From Leptogorgia sarmentosa (Eukaryota): 64,000 nt of DNA. The stretch is taken from positions 1,054,001-1,118,000 of the forward strand of contig OZ210884.1 in the NCBI GenBank assembly GCA_964658305.1, read 5' to 3'. Positions 25,357 through 36,400 of this stretch are shown here, one piece after another. Both the position numbers and the translations under genes were made by a program. The notes beneath the pieces are model-generated. The model was not told the DNA's origin and ran no database searches. It saw only the letters and a list, made by a program, of their open reading frames with translations. Each line of letters opens with the position of its first letter. The first letter of the stretch is position 1.

Positions 25357-28100
25357 ATGCCTCCGCCAAAACCACGGAAAGAGTTAGACTCAAAGCGACT
25401 ACAAAACTCGCTTAGAGCCAACATTTTGAGCTTGGTAAGTACATGCAAGTATTCCCTTGTCTTCCTGCAAATGAATGCACGTACTGTAGCTTCAAATAAA
25501 CTTCCCTATTTTACGTTCATTAGATTAGACCCAAACAGCGAGCAGTGGCGTGTCGCGCTATTTGGCGAGTTAGCCCTGCAGATATAGAGCTGGCCAGGCT
25601 ACAGATCGCCTCTAAGAGGCTCCTCCTCAACGATGCCATCGCTTCCATCGAAGGTGTCATGTTTTACTTTTCATGCATATCGAGCGTATGTTCCAATCCG
25701 AACACCAGCAAAGGTCAACGGAGCAACGCCAATGTTGGAGAAACCAGCTATCCTTGCGTGTCGTTTTTTATCGTCTACCAGCCAAATGAGAAATGCGACG
25801 ACGACACATTCTTTGCGGCCTTACATAACCAGGACGTTGAGCCGGAAATTAGACCCATCCGTGTGAGAAACGGCGGGAATCACGATATGGAAAGTGCGGC
25901 GCGCCAACTCTTCCAAACCGTCAAGGACCATGACAACGGTTCAATGCAGCAGATGGTGGACGCCTCCAACCAGTACTGCTATGACAACGCGCCGCATTCG
26001 TCAGGTGAAAGCGACGACGAAGATGAAGGGGAGGCCGAGCAATTCCATCCAACCCACTTTCCCACGCATCCTTGTTCTTTCGTGCTTGTCAGCCATTGTG
26101 GAGACGTGGAAGAATTGAAGGAGGCCCTAAGAAAATTGGAATCCGACGGGCTAGTCTTGGACGCCCAAGTACGCGATGAATGTGATAAAGGCCCATCGAA
26201 TACAGCATGCGACGACACCATTGCCACCATACGTAAAATTGAACGCGTCATGGCGTTGTGTAATCACGCGTTGTACCGAGGTGAGATCTACGGAAGACCC
26301 GATGGAGCCCGAATCAGTTACGTACGCTTGATGGATGTGTCCAGCTACCTGAACAAGCTGCTTGCGAACGATGCGCTGAACGAGAACCTTGCGAAAAACT
26401 TCATCACCATCCAAAGATTCCTTGCCCATCCAGCCTGCGAGATTGTGGAACAAATCCGCTTCGACCTTAATCTGATAGAAGTGTCGAACGGCTTCTGCTT
26501 CTCAATCTCCGACAGAGCATTCCTCCCCGATCCCATCCACGAATCGATGATTGGCAAGGTATCCCCGAGAGCGTACGTCCCGTACGAATGTTCAGCGGCC
26601 CCTCAACCTCACCACTTTCGCGAAGGCATCCTCAATTCCTTCCCCGAACGGCTTGTTCGTGTCCAATTTCTGAATAAGTTCTATCAGTGTTTGCTGGCTC
26701 ACAAAATGCCGCAGAAGACGAGAAAATTGGTTGTCACCGGCCCACGTGACTCTGGCAAGACATCTTGGGCGAGTATCTTTCGGCGCATCATCCCCGAAGA
26801 ATACATCGCGTCCATAACCAACGAACGGCAATTCTCCGCAGCCATGATAACGAACGACACGCAACTCGTCTTCATCGACGAATGGTCAGAGAACACCATG
26901 AGCGCCGAACTCGCGAAAAAGGTTCTGCAAGGTGGCTGGATGGTCACCGCCGTCAAGCATTCCCAGCCCAGACGTGTGAACTCACACAGCCCGTTCTATA
27001 TCAACACCAACCAAGTGCCTGACTTCGGTGCAGAAGCTGAGAATGTGGAACGTCGCATTCACATATTCCCAACGCAATCCCTGCCAACTCCAACACCTGG
27101 GATCGACCAATGGCTGTTCGAGAATGCTATGCATTGCATCGCGTGGATGGCAGACCAAATTAACACACATCGAGATTTCATCCCAGCAGCCGAGCTGTGG
27201 TATGAAGACGACGAGAATGTGAGGCATATGGTTCCATCACACAACATCGCCGCGCAGTGGACGAGAACGGACATTGTCAAGATAACCGAGGCAGATATGG
27301 AACCGGAACGACAGCATGTGAATATGGGAGGACCCGACGTAGCCATACATCCTGACTTTCTAGCGGAAGCCAGATCAAGACGTCTCGCCAGAAAGCGTCG
27401 GCGTGCACGCCCTTTAAGCGATAGTTCCTCGCCCGAAAATAGCAGCGAAAACGTGGCGCAAGAAATGGAAACGTACCCATCACACGCAAGTCAGCCGCCC
27501 CGATCGCACACAACGGAAGAACACGCTTCCCAAACGCCAGACGAAGAAAACGCTTCCCAAACGCCAGACGAAGAAGACGCTTCCCAAACGCCAGACGAAG
27601 AAAACGCTTCCCAAACGCCAGACGAAGAAGACGCTTCCCAAACGCCAGACGAAGAAAACGCTTCCCAAACGCCAGACGAAGAAAACGCTTCCCAAACGCC
27701 AGACGAAGAAGACGCTTCCCAAACGCCAGACGAAGAAAACGCTTCCCAAACGCCAGACGAAGAAGACGCTTCCCAAACGCCAGACGAAGAAAACGCTTCC
27801 CAAACGCCAGACGAAGAAGACGCTTCCCAAACGCCAGACGAAGAAAACGCTTCCCAAACGCCAGACGAAGAAGACGCTTCCCAAACGCCAGACGAAGAAA
27901 ACGCTTCCCAAACGCCAGACGAAGAACACGGTTCGAAAACGCCAGACGAAGAACACGGTTCGCAAACGCCAGACGAAGAAGACGCGTTCCAAACCCCAGA
28001 AGCAATCGCATTGCCCTTGAATGAAGAGCCATCGACCTCAACAGGTATCACTCACCCTCCGCCGACGATTTGGAGCAGAATAAAAAATTGGTGGCGTTGA
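25357..28100 (+). CDS. Superfamily 3 (D5/NS1/E1-like) helicase with acidic repeat tail; exons 25357-25434 and 25524-28100
   Basis: Walker A GPRDSGKT, Walker B LVFIDEW, motif C YINTN, arginine-finger-like VERRI; D5_N-like LIEVSNGFCFSI. Phase-0 GTAAGT...TAG intron joins MPPPKPRK... in frame to the 851-aa ORF. Confidence 0.85.
27522..28000 (+). repeat. Coding 30-bp minisatellite (ASQTPDEE[N/D]) x ~16 in the helicase C-terminus
   Basis: Directly visible repeat ACGCTTCCCAAACGCCAGACGAAGAA(A/G). Confidence 0.9.
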
Positions 28101-28350
28101 TTTACATATACATACATATATCGAGTGAAATATAATTAACAGCGTGAACACATGGAACGGACGCAATGAAAGATGAAAACGATCCGATAACAATGTTTAA
28201 AAAATATGATAAAAATATATGCGTCCTTTATTTCTATGAGGTTTCATTATGTCATTATTTCGTTGAGTTGTGCTATTACAGTCTATTAATTACTGTTGGC
28301 TTTTCTTACAACTGTCACATAGAAATTGGTTAGCGTTACAGTACGTAAGA

Positions 28351-28568
28351 AGAAATAGGTTAGGGTCAGACTACGGTTTGGGTTCGGGTTAGTAATTAAT
28401 AACCCCAACCCGGCCCGTAATCTGGCCCTAACCTACTTCTTGATAGGTTAGGGTTAGAGTAAGGTTTGGGTGCGGATTATTTATTAATAACCCTAACCCA
28501 AACCGTAGTCTGACCCTAACCTATCGAGAAATAAGGGCCGGGTTGGGGTTATTAATAATATATATATC

Positions 28569-28607
<39 letters not shown>

Positions 28608-29700
28608 CCCCAACCCGGCCCGTAATCTGACCCTAACCAAGCTTCCAAATACTCATCAAAAGTACTTGAAAGAAAATGTTTGCTTTTATCAAGACTGTCA
28701 CAAAGAAATAGTACACTATCCGGTTGCATTTTTTTTCTAAGTGTCGACTTGATATTTAGTTTGGTGAGAATTCGACCGGCTACCGGCTAACAATACAAAT
28801 CCCTATTAAATGGACCGGCTAACGACCGGCTAAAAGCCAAAATGACCGGCTAACTCCAACACTAGCCGGTTGCATATTTTTTCTAAGTGTCGTAGCAAAG
28901 TAAGTGAAGACGACACTTAGAAAAAATATGCAACCGGCTAGTGTTGGAGTTAGCCGGTCATTTTGTATGTTAGCCGGTCGTTAGCCGGTCGAATTAATAG
29001 GGATTTGTATTGTTAGCCGGTAGCCGGTCCAATTCTCAGCAAACTAAATATCAAGTCGACACTTAGAAAAAATATGCAACCGGCTAGTGTACTATTTCTT
29101 TGTGACAGTCTTGATAAAAGCAAACATTTTCTTTCAAGTAGTTTTTCGTAGGAAAGTAAGTGAAGACGACACTTAGAAAAAATATGCAACCGGCTAGTGT
29201 TGGAGTTAGCCGGTCATTTTGGGTGTTAGCCGGTCGTTAGCCGGTCGAATTAATAGGGATTTGTATTGTTAGCCGGTAGAATTCTCACCAAACTAAATAT
29301 CAAGTCGACACTTAGAAAAAAAATGCAACCGGATAGTGTACTATTTCTTTGTGACAGTATTAATAAAAAAAAACATTTTCTTTCAAGCAGTTTTTCGTAG
29401 GAAAGTAAGTGAAGACGACACTTAGAAAAAATATGCAACCGGCTAGTGTTGGAGTTAGCCGGTCATTTTGTATGTTAGCCGGTCGTTAGCCGGTCCATTT
29501 AATAGGGATTTGTATTGTTAGCCGGTAGCCGGTCGAATTCTCACCAAACTAAATATCAAGTCGACACTTAGAAAAAATATGCAACCGGCTAGTGTACTAT
29601 TTCTTTGTGACAGTCTTGATAAAAGCAAACATTTTCTTTCAAGTACTTTTGATGAGTATTTGGAAGCTTGGTTAGGGTCAGATTACGGGCCGGGTTGGGG

Positions 29701-29746
<46 letters not shown>

Positions 29747-29925
29747 TATATAAATATAATTAAATATAATTGGGGTTATTTATTAGTTATTAATAAATAA
29801 CCCCAACCCGGCCCGTAGTCTGACCCTAACCTATTTCTTGACAGGTTAGGGTCAGATTACGGGCCGGGTTGGGGTTATTAATAAATAATCCACACCCAAA
29901 CCTCACTCTAACGCTAACCTATTTC
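28351..29925. repeat. Complex ~1.55-kb palindrome: one inverted plus three direct ~250-bp units, (TA)n tracts and TTAGGG/TAACCC-like arms
   Basis: ~28570-28893 is the reverse complement of ~29415-29740; symmetry centre loop 28894-28909; direct units start at 28910, 29166 and 29415. Confidence 0.93.
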
Positions 29926-30221
29926 TTTCTCACAGTCTTGATAAAAGCAAACATTATTTGTTCTGTCAGTTGTCATAATTAGGCTTTCTTGTCATTTCTG
30001 GAGTCATGCAATACAAGCAAAAGGATGATGCAAAGTGAATGTATTTAATGTCACAGATTTTTGTATTGTTCCTTTCCACGACTATTATATTATAAGGAGT
30101 GTTGGAAAAAGAATAACACATAGGCAGGTGTAGATTGATTTTTGTATTTCTCTTTACAACATTTTCCCCATGTAATTCACACTAATAATACCAACAATTA
30201 TTTAAGGTTTACACGCAATCA

Positions 30222-31862
30222 TTACACTAATTTCAAGGCTTCCGCCCTCTTTCTTAAAGTATTTGCCACTCTACATGCATGAAAGTTATATTCTGGATGG
30301 CGTAATATCCTTGTCCAACAAAAACCGAACTTTGCAATGCCCAAGCGTAAGGCGTTATCTTCCTCACCTGTGAAGCGAGGGCCTCGAGTACATTTGGCTT
30401 TTTTCGGGCTGGAAACGATGGGCGTGTCTTCGCCAACATGTGTGGGGCCAGACGAGGGCTGTTGTTCATGCTCATCTTCTCTCTGTGAACTATTACTTCT
30501 CTCAATTAATTTTTTCATGCACTCACGTCCTCTCATGGCCACTTCACGGGATCTTTTCTTCTGATAATGTACACGGGCAACGTTGGAGCTATGCTTTTGG
30601 TCTTCAGATATCCACTGCTGTTCGTTTGGCAGGAGAACTTGCGCACTTTCTGTTTCGATGATCTGTCTGTACCTAGTTGGATGAATGTATTTTCCTATTG
30701 CTTCAAACACCAATACACTCAAAAGATTAGAAAGTTTTTGGAACTGTTTACCGTTTCGATTCACCAACACATAGTCGCAAGTAGGTGTGAGAAGGGGCCT
30801 TACATACGCTATATACTTTTCCAGTAACTGGATGCTGCATTCGTCAAAGTAAACACTGTCAAACCCATACGTTTTAGCGGTCTTGAATACTTTCTGATCC
30901 ACTATTCCTTCGTTTCTTTTCGCACATTCAAACATTCGCAAGGTGAGATGTTGGTAGGTCATTGGGCGGCAACCTTTCACTTTGAGGAACATGTAAGCTG
31001 CAACGAATCTGGTGGCAAATGTCACGTCCCCTGTTTTGACTGTAGAAGGTGATATCATACAATTTTCTAATACAGATTTATAACGGTCCTCGTGAAATGG
31101 AATGACGGATTGTATTTCGGAAATACTTGCCCAACTTCTACGGGATTCGAGGGTTTCTATACCCAGTTCGGTGGTCCAATTTGATCTCATGTCTTTGGCT
31201 AAATACCTTCGCGCTCTCTTTACATACACTTCGGTAACTGCGAAGTTTTGAAGCACCGTTGCAGGGGGACGATTGAATTTGCGAAAATCTAGTAAATCAG
31301 AAATACTTGCGACATACCCAATTTGTCCTGAGTGTCCAATACACCACTTCTCTTTGAGAGCGTCCACAAACTTTGTTACTAGTTGTGGAGACCCCAAGGC
31401 GTAATCGATGAGATTAGGTGCATTGAGCACGTCTTCTTCGCCCTCGCCATTCTCGTCACAACAAAACTTTATGAACTTCAATGCTCGGTTAACCGAAACG
31501 TCCGATTGTGTGGCAGATTTGCCGCCGCCACAGCTGCTTTGAAGCCATTTTGAAAACGATCTAGCAAAGTCATTATCTGTGGAACAGCCCGGGACTGCTT
31601 TACCAGATCTTCGCTGCGTTTCGGTGATTGCAAGCGGCGAAAGGCACACTTCGGGCTTTTTGTCAAAATAGTAATACCATGCATGTATACTTTTAACATG
31701 TTTACGACAGCCTCTTTGACTGCCAAATCCTGAATGTTCACAAGCTATTACTGGACAATGATGTAAGCCATCGCTGCCTTTCACCAAATGCAATCGCCTC
31801 GGTTTTGTAAACGCCCCGTCTACAGACTTCCAATCTATTTGAGCTTTTCTACGTGCAAACAT
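30222..31862 (-). CDS. Tyrosine recombinase with N-terminal C2H2 zinc finger and C-terminal Myb/SANT (telobox-like) domain, ~546 aa
   Basis: Catalytic set R (KGCRP), K (FKTAK), HxxR-like (HPTRYR), H...Y (KHSSNVARVHY); CPVIAC...HVKSIH finger; RFTGEEDNALRLGIAKFGFCWTRIL Myb repeat. Start at MFARRK is inferred (ORF open to 32054). Confidence 0.88.
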   Translation of the reverse strand: MFARRKAQIDWKSVDGAFTKPRRLHLVKGSDGLHHCPVIACEHSGFGSQRGCRKHVKSIHAWYYYFDKKPEVCLSPLAITETQRRSGKAVPGCSTDNDFARSFSKWLQSSCGGGKSATQSDVSVNRALKFIKFCCDENGEGEEDVLNAPNLIDYALGSPQLVTKFVDALKEKWCIGHSGQIGYVASISDLLDFRKFNRPPATVLQNFAVTEVYVKRARRYLAKDMRSNWTTELGIETLESRRSWASISEIQSVIPFHEDRYKSVLENCMISPSTVKTGDVTFATRFVAAYMFLKVKGCRPMTYQHLTLRMFECAKRNEGIVDQKVFKTAKTYGFDSVYFDECSIQLLEKYIAYVRPLLTPTCDYVLVNRNGKQFQKLSNLLSVLVFEAIGKYIHPTRYRQIIETESAQVLLPNEQQWISEDQKHSSNVARVHYQKKRSREVAMRGRECMKKLIERSNSSQREDEHEQQPSSGPTHVGEDTPIVSSPKKAKCTRGPRFTGEEDNALRLGIAKFGFCWTRILRHPEYNFHACRVANTLRKRAEALKLV

Positions 31863-32005
31863 ATAAACGATAAAATGTTTGCGAGCAAAAGTACCTTGGC
31901 TTTTATAACAACAACTTATGCAAACTGCATAAATTGAATTTCTTATTAACAGCCTAAGGCACTGCATTGTGAGAGATGTATTGTTCATGACATTGCTTCC
32001 TTCAC

Positions 32006-32292
32006 AAGGGAACAATAAAAGGGAACAACCAAAGGGAACAATAAAAGGGAACAAGAAAAGGGAACAAATCGTTCCACTTTAACACCTATTATATGTGCAA
32101 GAGCGGAACGTTTTGTTCCTAAATAAAGGAACTCCAATTATTATTGTTCCTTAATCAACATTTGTTAAAGCGCTCCGAATTTCGGAACATAGGCGGTGCG
32201 GAACAACTTCAATTGAAACGGAACAATGTGTTCCGTTTAAATAGCTGTTCCTTTTCAAAAGGGGAACTCCCCCTTCATTTACATGTGTTCCT
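32006..32292. repeat. GGAAC/GTTCC motif cluster upstream of the YR gene, including five ~13-bp AGGGAACAA units
   Basis: Tandem units at 32007-32070, followed by dispersed copies in both orientations. Confidence 0.75.
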
Positions 32293-32509
32293 AATATGAT
32301 GTTTTAATATATTCATAGATGATAGTGAAAGATTTTCACTTCTCCTACCACGTATTTGCAAATTTCAATTATTTTTTCGCTTCATTGACCATGCGTATAA
32401 TGTTGTGGTTTGGCCCAATAACGGTTATATGCGCAGCGGACCGTGAATCATGCGAAATTGACCTTTAAATGGCATTGTTAAAGGAACAATATTTAGGGAT
32501 ACGTATTAA

Positions 32510-32657
32510 GAGTATCGTGGGTGAGCATCGTGGTTGAAGTCCGTGGTTGATAATCGTGGTTGAAGTTCGTGGTTGAGTATCGTGGTTGAAGTCCGTGGTT
32601 GCATGATGTACTTCAACCACGATACTGAGTATCGTGGCTGAGTATCGTGGCTGAGTA
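32510..32657 (+). repeat. 13-bp tandem array (GAGTATCGTGGTT) x ~9 plus one inverted copy
   Basis: Directly visible; includes hairpin CCACGATAC-TGA-GTATCGTGG. Confidence 0.92.
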
Positions 32658-32667
32658 ATTCAACCAA

Positions 32668-32870
32668 CGAACTTTTTCCCGAGCACGAAGAAGGACTTAA
32701 CGAGATCATATTCGAAGATGATCACAGAACAGGATTGATAAAATGTGTGGCGGACAAATACCTTACATTGCGGTTGTTTACTTATGGGAAGAGTACACAA
32801 AAGAAATTGCAAACCAAGGCAATCAGACATAGATATTTTGTTAGACATAAGTTATTTTGTTTAAAAACCA
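32668..32870 (+). pseudogene. Possible P-element/THAP9-like transposase C-terminal remnant
   Basis: Hand translation ELFPEHEEGLNEIIFEDDHRTGLIKCVADKYLTLRLFTYGK resembles the H...LIK...YL..RL...K tail of P-type transposases. Confidence 0.5.
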
Positions 32871-33467
32871 ATAAGCATTTGAATTTCATGTTTGAATGAT
32901 TTGATAAATGTTTCAGTAATAAATAAATCTGAGTCTCTGAAAATCTCTGATCTATGTCGTTTGTGTGCATATTCAGGTAGAACAAAAATATCTTCTTTCA
33001 TTTCCCTGATTCACGAATCGAAAGGACGTTGAAGAAGTTGTGATTCGCACTTTTTTGAATGGAAATTCAACCGGTTATAAACTTCCAAAACATTAAAATA
33101 GCACATGGCAGCTGCCTCTTCGGTACCACGCAAAAAACGCGCTAGCACGCGAGTAACCCACGAATTTTACCTCCAGACACGCGTGTCTTCGGGCAAGACT
33201 TTTGGCTTCAGGCAAGTTCAGGCCTGTTCCTGCACAGTCAGCAATCCATATATTTTAGTTCAATGGTGTTATCTGTATAATATCCGTGCTTCCGGTCCAG
33301 GTTTCCCGGAAACTGCTTGATTTCCATGTAACAAACTTTCGATTTGATCACAATCGATTTGGCAATTTTGATGAGAAAAGGTTCACATAGATTGTATACG
33401 AAACGTTGTTACGAATATTGTTTAAAATGTAAGCCGCATTTTTTTATACAAAGCTAAATTTGCTCGT

Positions 33468-36400
33468 ATGGAGGGCGAAAGGGAAGAAACTTGCATAAAC
33501 ACCGAGCAACAAGGCGAAAATATCGCTTCTGCGTTGAGGGATGGGCAAGGAACTGACACTGCGTTGAATTCTACACCTGAATGCCACGGAAAACCGATCG
33601 AGAGCAACGAAGGGGCTTTCAATGGTAGGTGTTTTGTAGAGAAGACTCAGTAATAATACAATTAATGCACAGCCACAGAATATATGCGCACTCGCATTTT
33701 GCATTCCGGCGATCAGATTCTCCAGTTGCCTTGTTCTGGTACGATGCTCATATACTGTAACTATATATCCTGAATTTTCACGGTGTCTGGAGTTCTCAAG
33801 TTAAGATCGAGTTGAGTTTTAATTTATGGCGAATTCTCTTTAGAATTACTTAATTGTGAGTTAAATTCCTTGCATGAGATATAGTGCTGCATCACAGCGT
33901 ATAATGATCAGTATTTGTTCGGGGGGATTAGACATGACTCTAACCCTGTGTCATCCATTATCTCTGCCTGTTGTTACGTGAACAATCTGCGCATTACTTG
34001 CGGATTTAAATATTTGGAAGCACTTTTGCCTTGACATTGAGAAAAATAATCTGGAGAAATTCACTAGTCAAATGTAAGCCCCCTTCACTGCACTTCCCTG
34101 GAGAGCTAGGTATTCAACTTTTGCCATATGTTGTATATTACATGCTTTTGCAAACTGAAGAAATGATCAAAGTCCTAAATAACCTACAATCAGTACCATA
34201 TGGTACTCATGCACGAGTAAAAAATTACCATGATTTGGTAATTTCAATATTGGCCAGTGCCGGATTAACTTTTCCATCCTTCAGACTGGGGCAAAAATAC
34301 TATAGCACTAGCATTGGGGAGTTTAAAACATAGTCAATTTGGAATCTTGCTAAGGCAAGTTACCCATTTGTGCCATGTAAACATTTCACTGGAAACCTAT
34401 AATTTTCTGAAGTGGGTTACCCGGCAAAGCGAGTTACTCGGTCAACAGGCCCTTACCCTTATCCAGAGTAGGGTAATTGTAATTAGCTATTTCCTAATTG
34501 AGCAAAACACTAGGTTTAGTCGATCTGTGGAGGGACAACAAATTATAGTGAACAGACTGAACATATGAATTATAATTGTTGCATTTTTGGCTGCACAGAG
34601 AACTTTAGGGAATCAGGAAAACTTCCTAGTTTCAATATATTTGGTATATTGTTCATTTTTTGTCACTTCTAAACAAGCAATGGAAGTGAGTCTAGCATTT
34701 CATTTTGTGTTCAGTCACTTGAGTGTTAACGTAGGCCGGGGTTTAAAATCTTGTTCACAGATGCAGATTTGATAGGGAATAATTACATTTTATAATTAAT
34801 AATATTTCTGCAAATCATTGAGGTTCATCCACCATTGTCTTCAATTTTACCATTATAAAACTTCGATCTTAATGCAAAAGTCAACTAGCATTGTTAATCT
34901 TTTCTTCATAGAGGATTAAGAATTGTTACAGTGGTACCAAGTAGTGACTAGTGCAAACTTATAAGTATGAATAAGGTAAAATATTTTTGGTTTTTGTGAT
35001 ACTGTATATTCTCTCTATTATTCTTTTGAGGGGGGGGGGGGGGCTTATTTGGGTGAGGAGCTTATTTAAGAGGGGATGCTAGTTTCTTTGTAAAATTATA
35101 TGATAATTTCCCTCCAGCATAAAGTGATTATTTCACTAATAGTAATTATTTTAATAATAGAGAGAATACGGTATCACAAAAACCAAAAATATTTTACCTT
35201 ATTCATACTTAAGTTTGCACTAGTCACTAGTTGGTATCACTGTAACAATTCTCAGTAATCCTCTATGAAGAAAAGATTAACAATGCTAGTTGACTTTGGC
35301 ATTAAGAAGTTTTATAATGGTAAAATTAAAGACAATGGTGGGTGAACCTCAGTGATTTGCAGAAATATTATTAATTATAAAATGCTTAATTTATTCTTGA
35401 ATCTCATTTGCATATGCTCGTATCTTATTTGCATATGCAAATTTGGCAATTAGACACGCAAAAGGCGAATTATTCCAAAAAATGCGCGGCGTTTTGAAGG
35501 GCTTAAACTCAAGCATTTTTTCTGAAATTTTGAACGGAAATACAAAACCTGACAAAGTTTCCGTCCATCAACTAAAAATTGCTTTTGAGCCTTTAAATTT
35601 CGTGCGCAAGACATTTTCTATCGGTTGGAAAAAACACTCCCCCCGGGTTTTTGAAAATTCAAATTACAAAATGTTTTCGTTTATTCTACATTATTAGTAC
35701 TCAACCAATCCACATAAACCGAAAACTTTGTACCCCGAGTCCCTTTGCGAAGTTAAGAGCGATTTAAAATCTGTTCACTTTTTTTTGATACACCCTGTAT
35801 ATATTGAGAGCATAGTTGATGAGAGGCACAATAAGCAACGCCTGGAAAGACAGACTACGACATTCAAAGATAATTTTTAAGTTAAATATCATAAAAATAA
35901 GTGTATATTTTGGCTACCTACTGTATGTTTCGAGCTAAGAGCGGGTTAGTAACGCTATCGATATCTTCACTAGTTAAGATATGGAAAATATCTCACTGTG
36001 TATTTTGAGGCTTTTTATATCTCACTGTTTGCTATATAATAAATTGAAAATATGTCCAGCAGTGCGAAGATATGGCGATTGAGAGTTTGAAAAAAATCTA
36101 TTTTCAGTAACAAAATGGCGGAATTTGGAAACTAGGTAGGTGGTGCCTAAATAGGTCATTAATCAGTTAGAGATGCCCAGTATTTTAATAGAGTAACTTG
36201 TTACTTGTGAGTGATTTCCAGTAATGTAAATTCTACTGATATTGCAAATCATTGTAGTTTCACATTCCATACTAATGTTATGCATTACACATCATACCCT
36301 TATTCAAGATGTAAAATGTAATACATTTTCCGGACATTTTCTGTGTTTGCATTGACATTATAGCAACACGTCTCATAGCCAATCAGCGTTCAGAATGTAG

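Larger units (their letters stand above)
24703..32660. mobile_element. Unclassified SF3-helicase + tyrosine-recombinase element with central palindrome (boundaries approximate)
   Basis: Two intact convergent ORFs, related 13-bp arrays at both ends, large central inverted repeat; flanked by a MITE on the left and a transposase remnant on the right. Confidence 0.72.

Noticed and set aside
25654..25781. Possible second intron in the helicase gene
   Set aside because: Removing these 128 nt shifts the frame into an immediate stop
27277..28051. Three minus-strand repeat ORFs
   Set aside because: Antisense shadows of the helicase tail repeat
28351..28640. True telomere or interstitial telomeric tract
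   Set aside because: Only 1-2 consecutive TTAGGG-like units embedded in hairpins, not a (TTAGGG)n run
24890..29925. CRISPR-like interpretation of the tandem arrays
   Set aside because: No unique spacers, no cas genes, eukaryotic context
24720..32779. Imperfect direct repeat AATACC..TTACATT(CA/GC)GGTTGTTT as attL/attR of the YR element
   Set aside because: The right copy (32757-32779) lies inside an apparent transposase coding remnant, so it is probably coincidental; not fully excluded
33759..33768. AACTATATAT as the right terminus matching ATATATAGTT at the left end
   Set aside because: Short and AT-rich, and it would place the first RNF213-like coding exon inside the element
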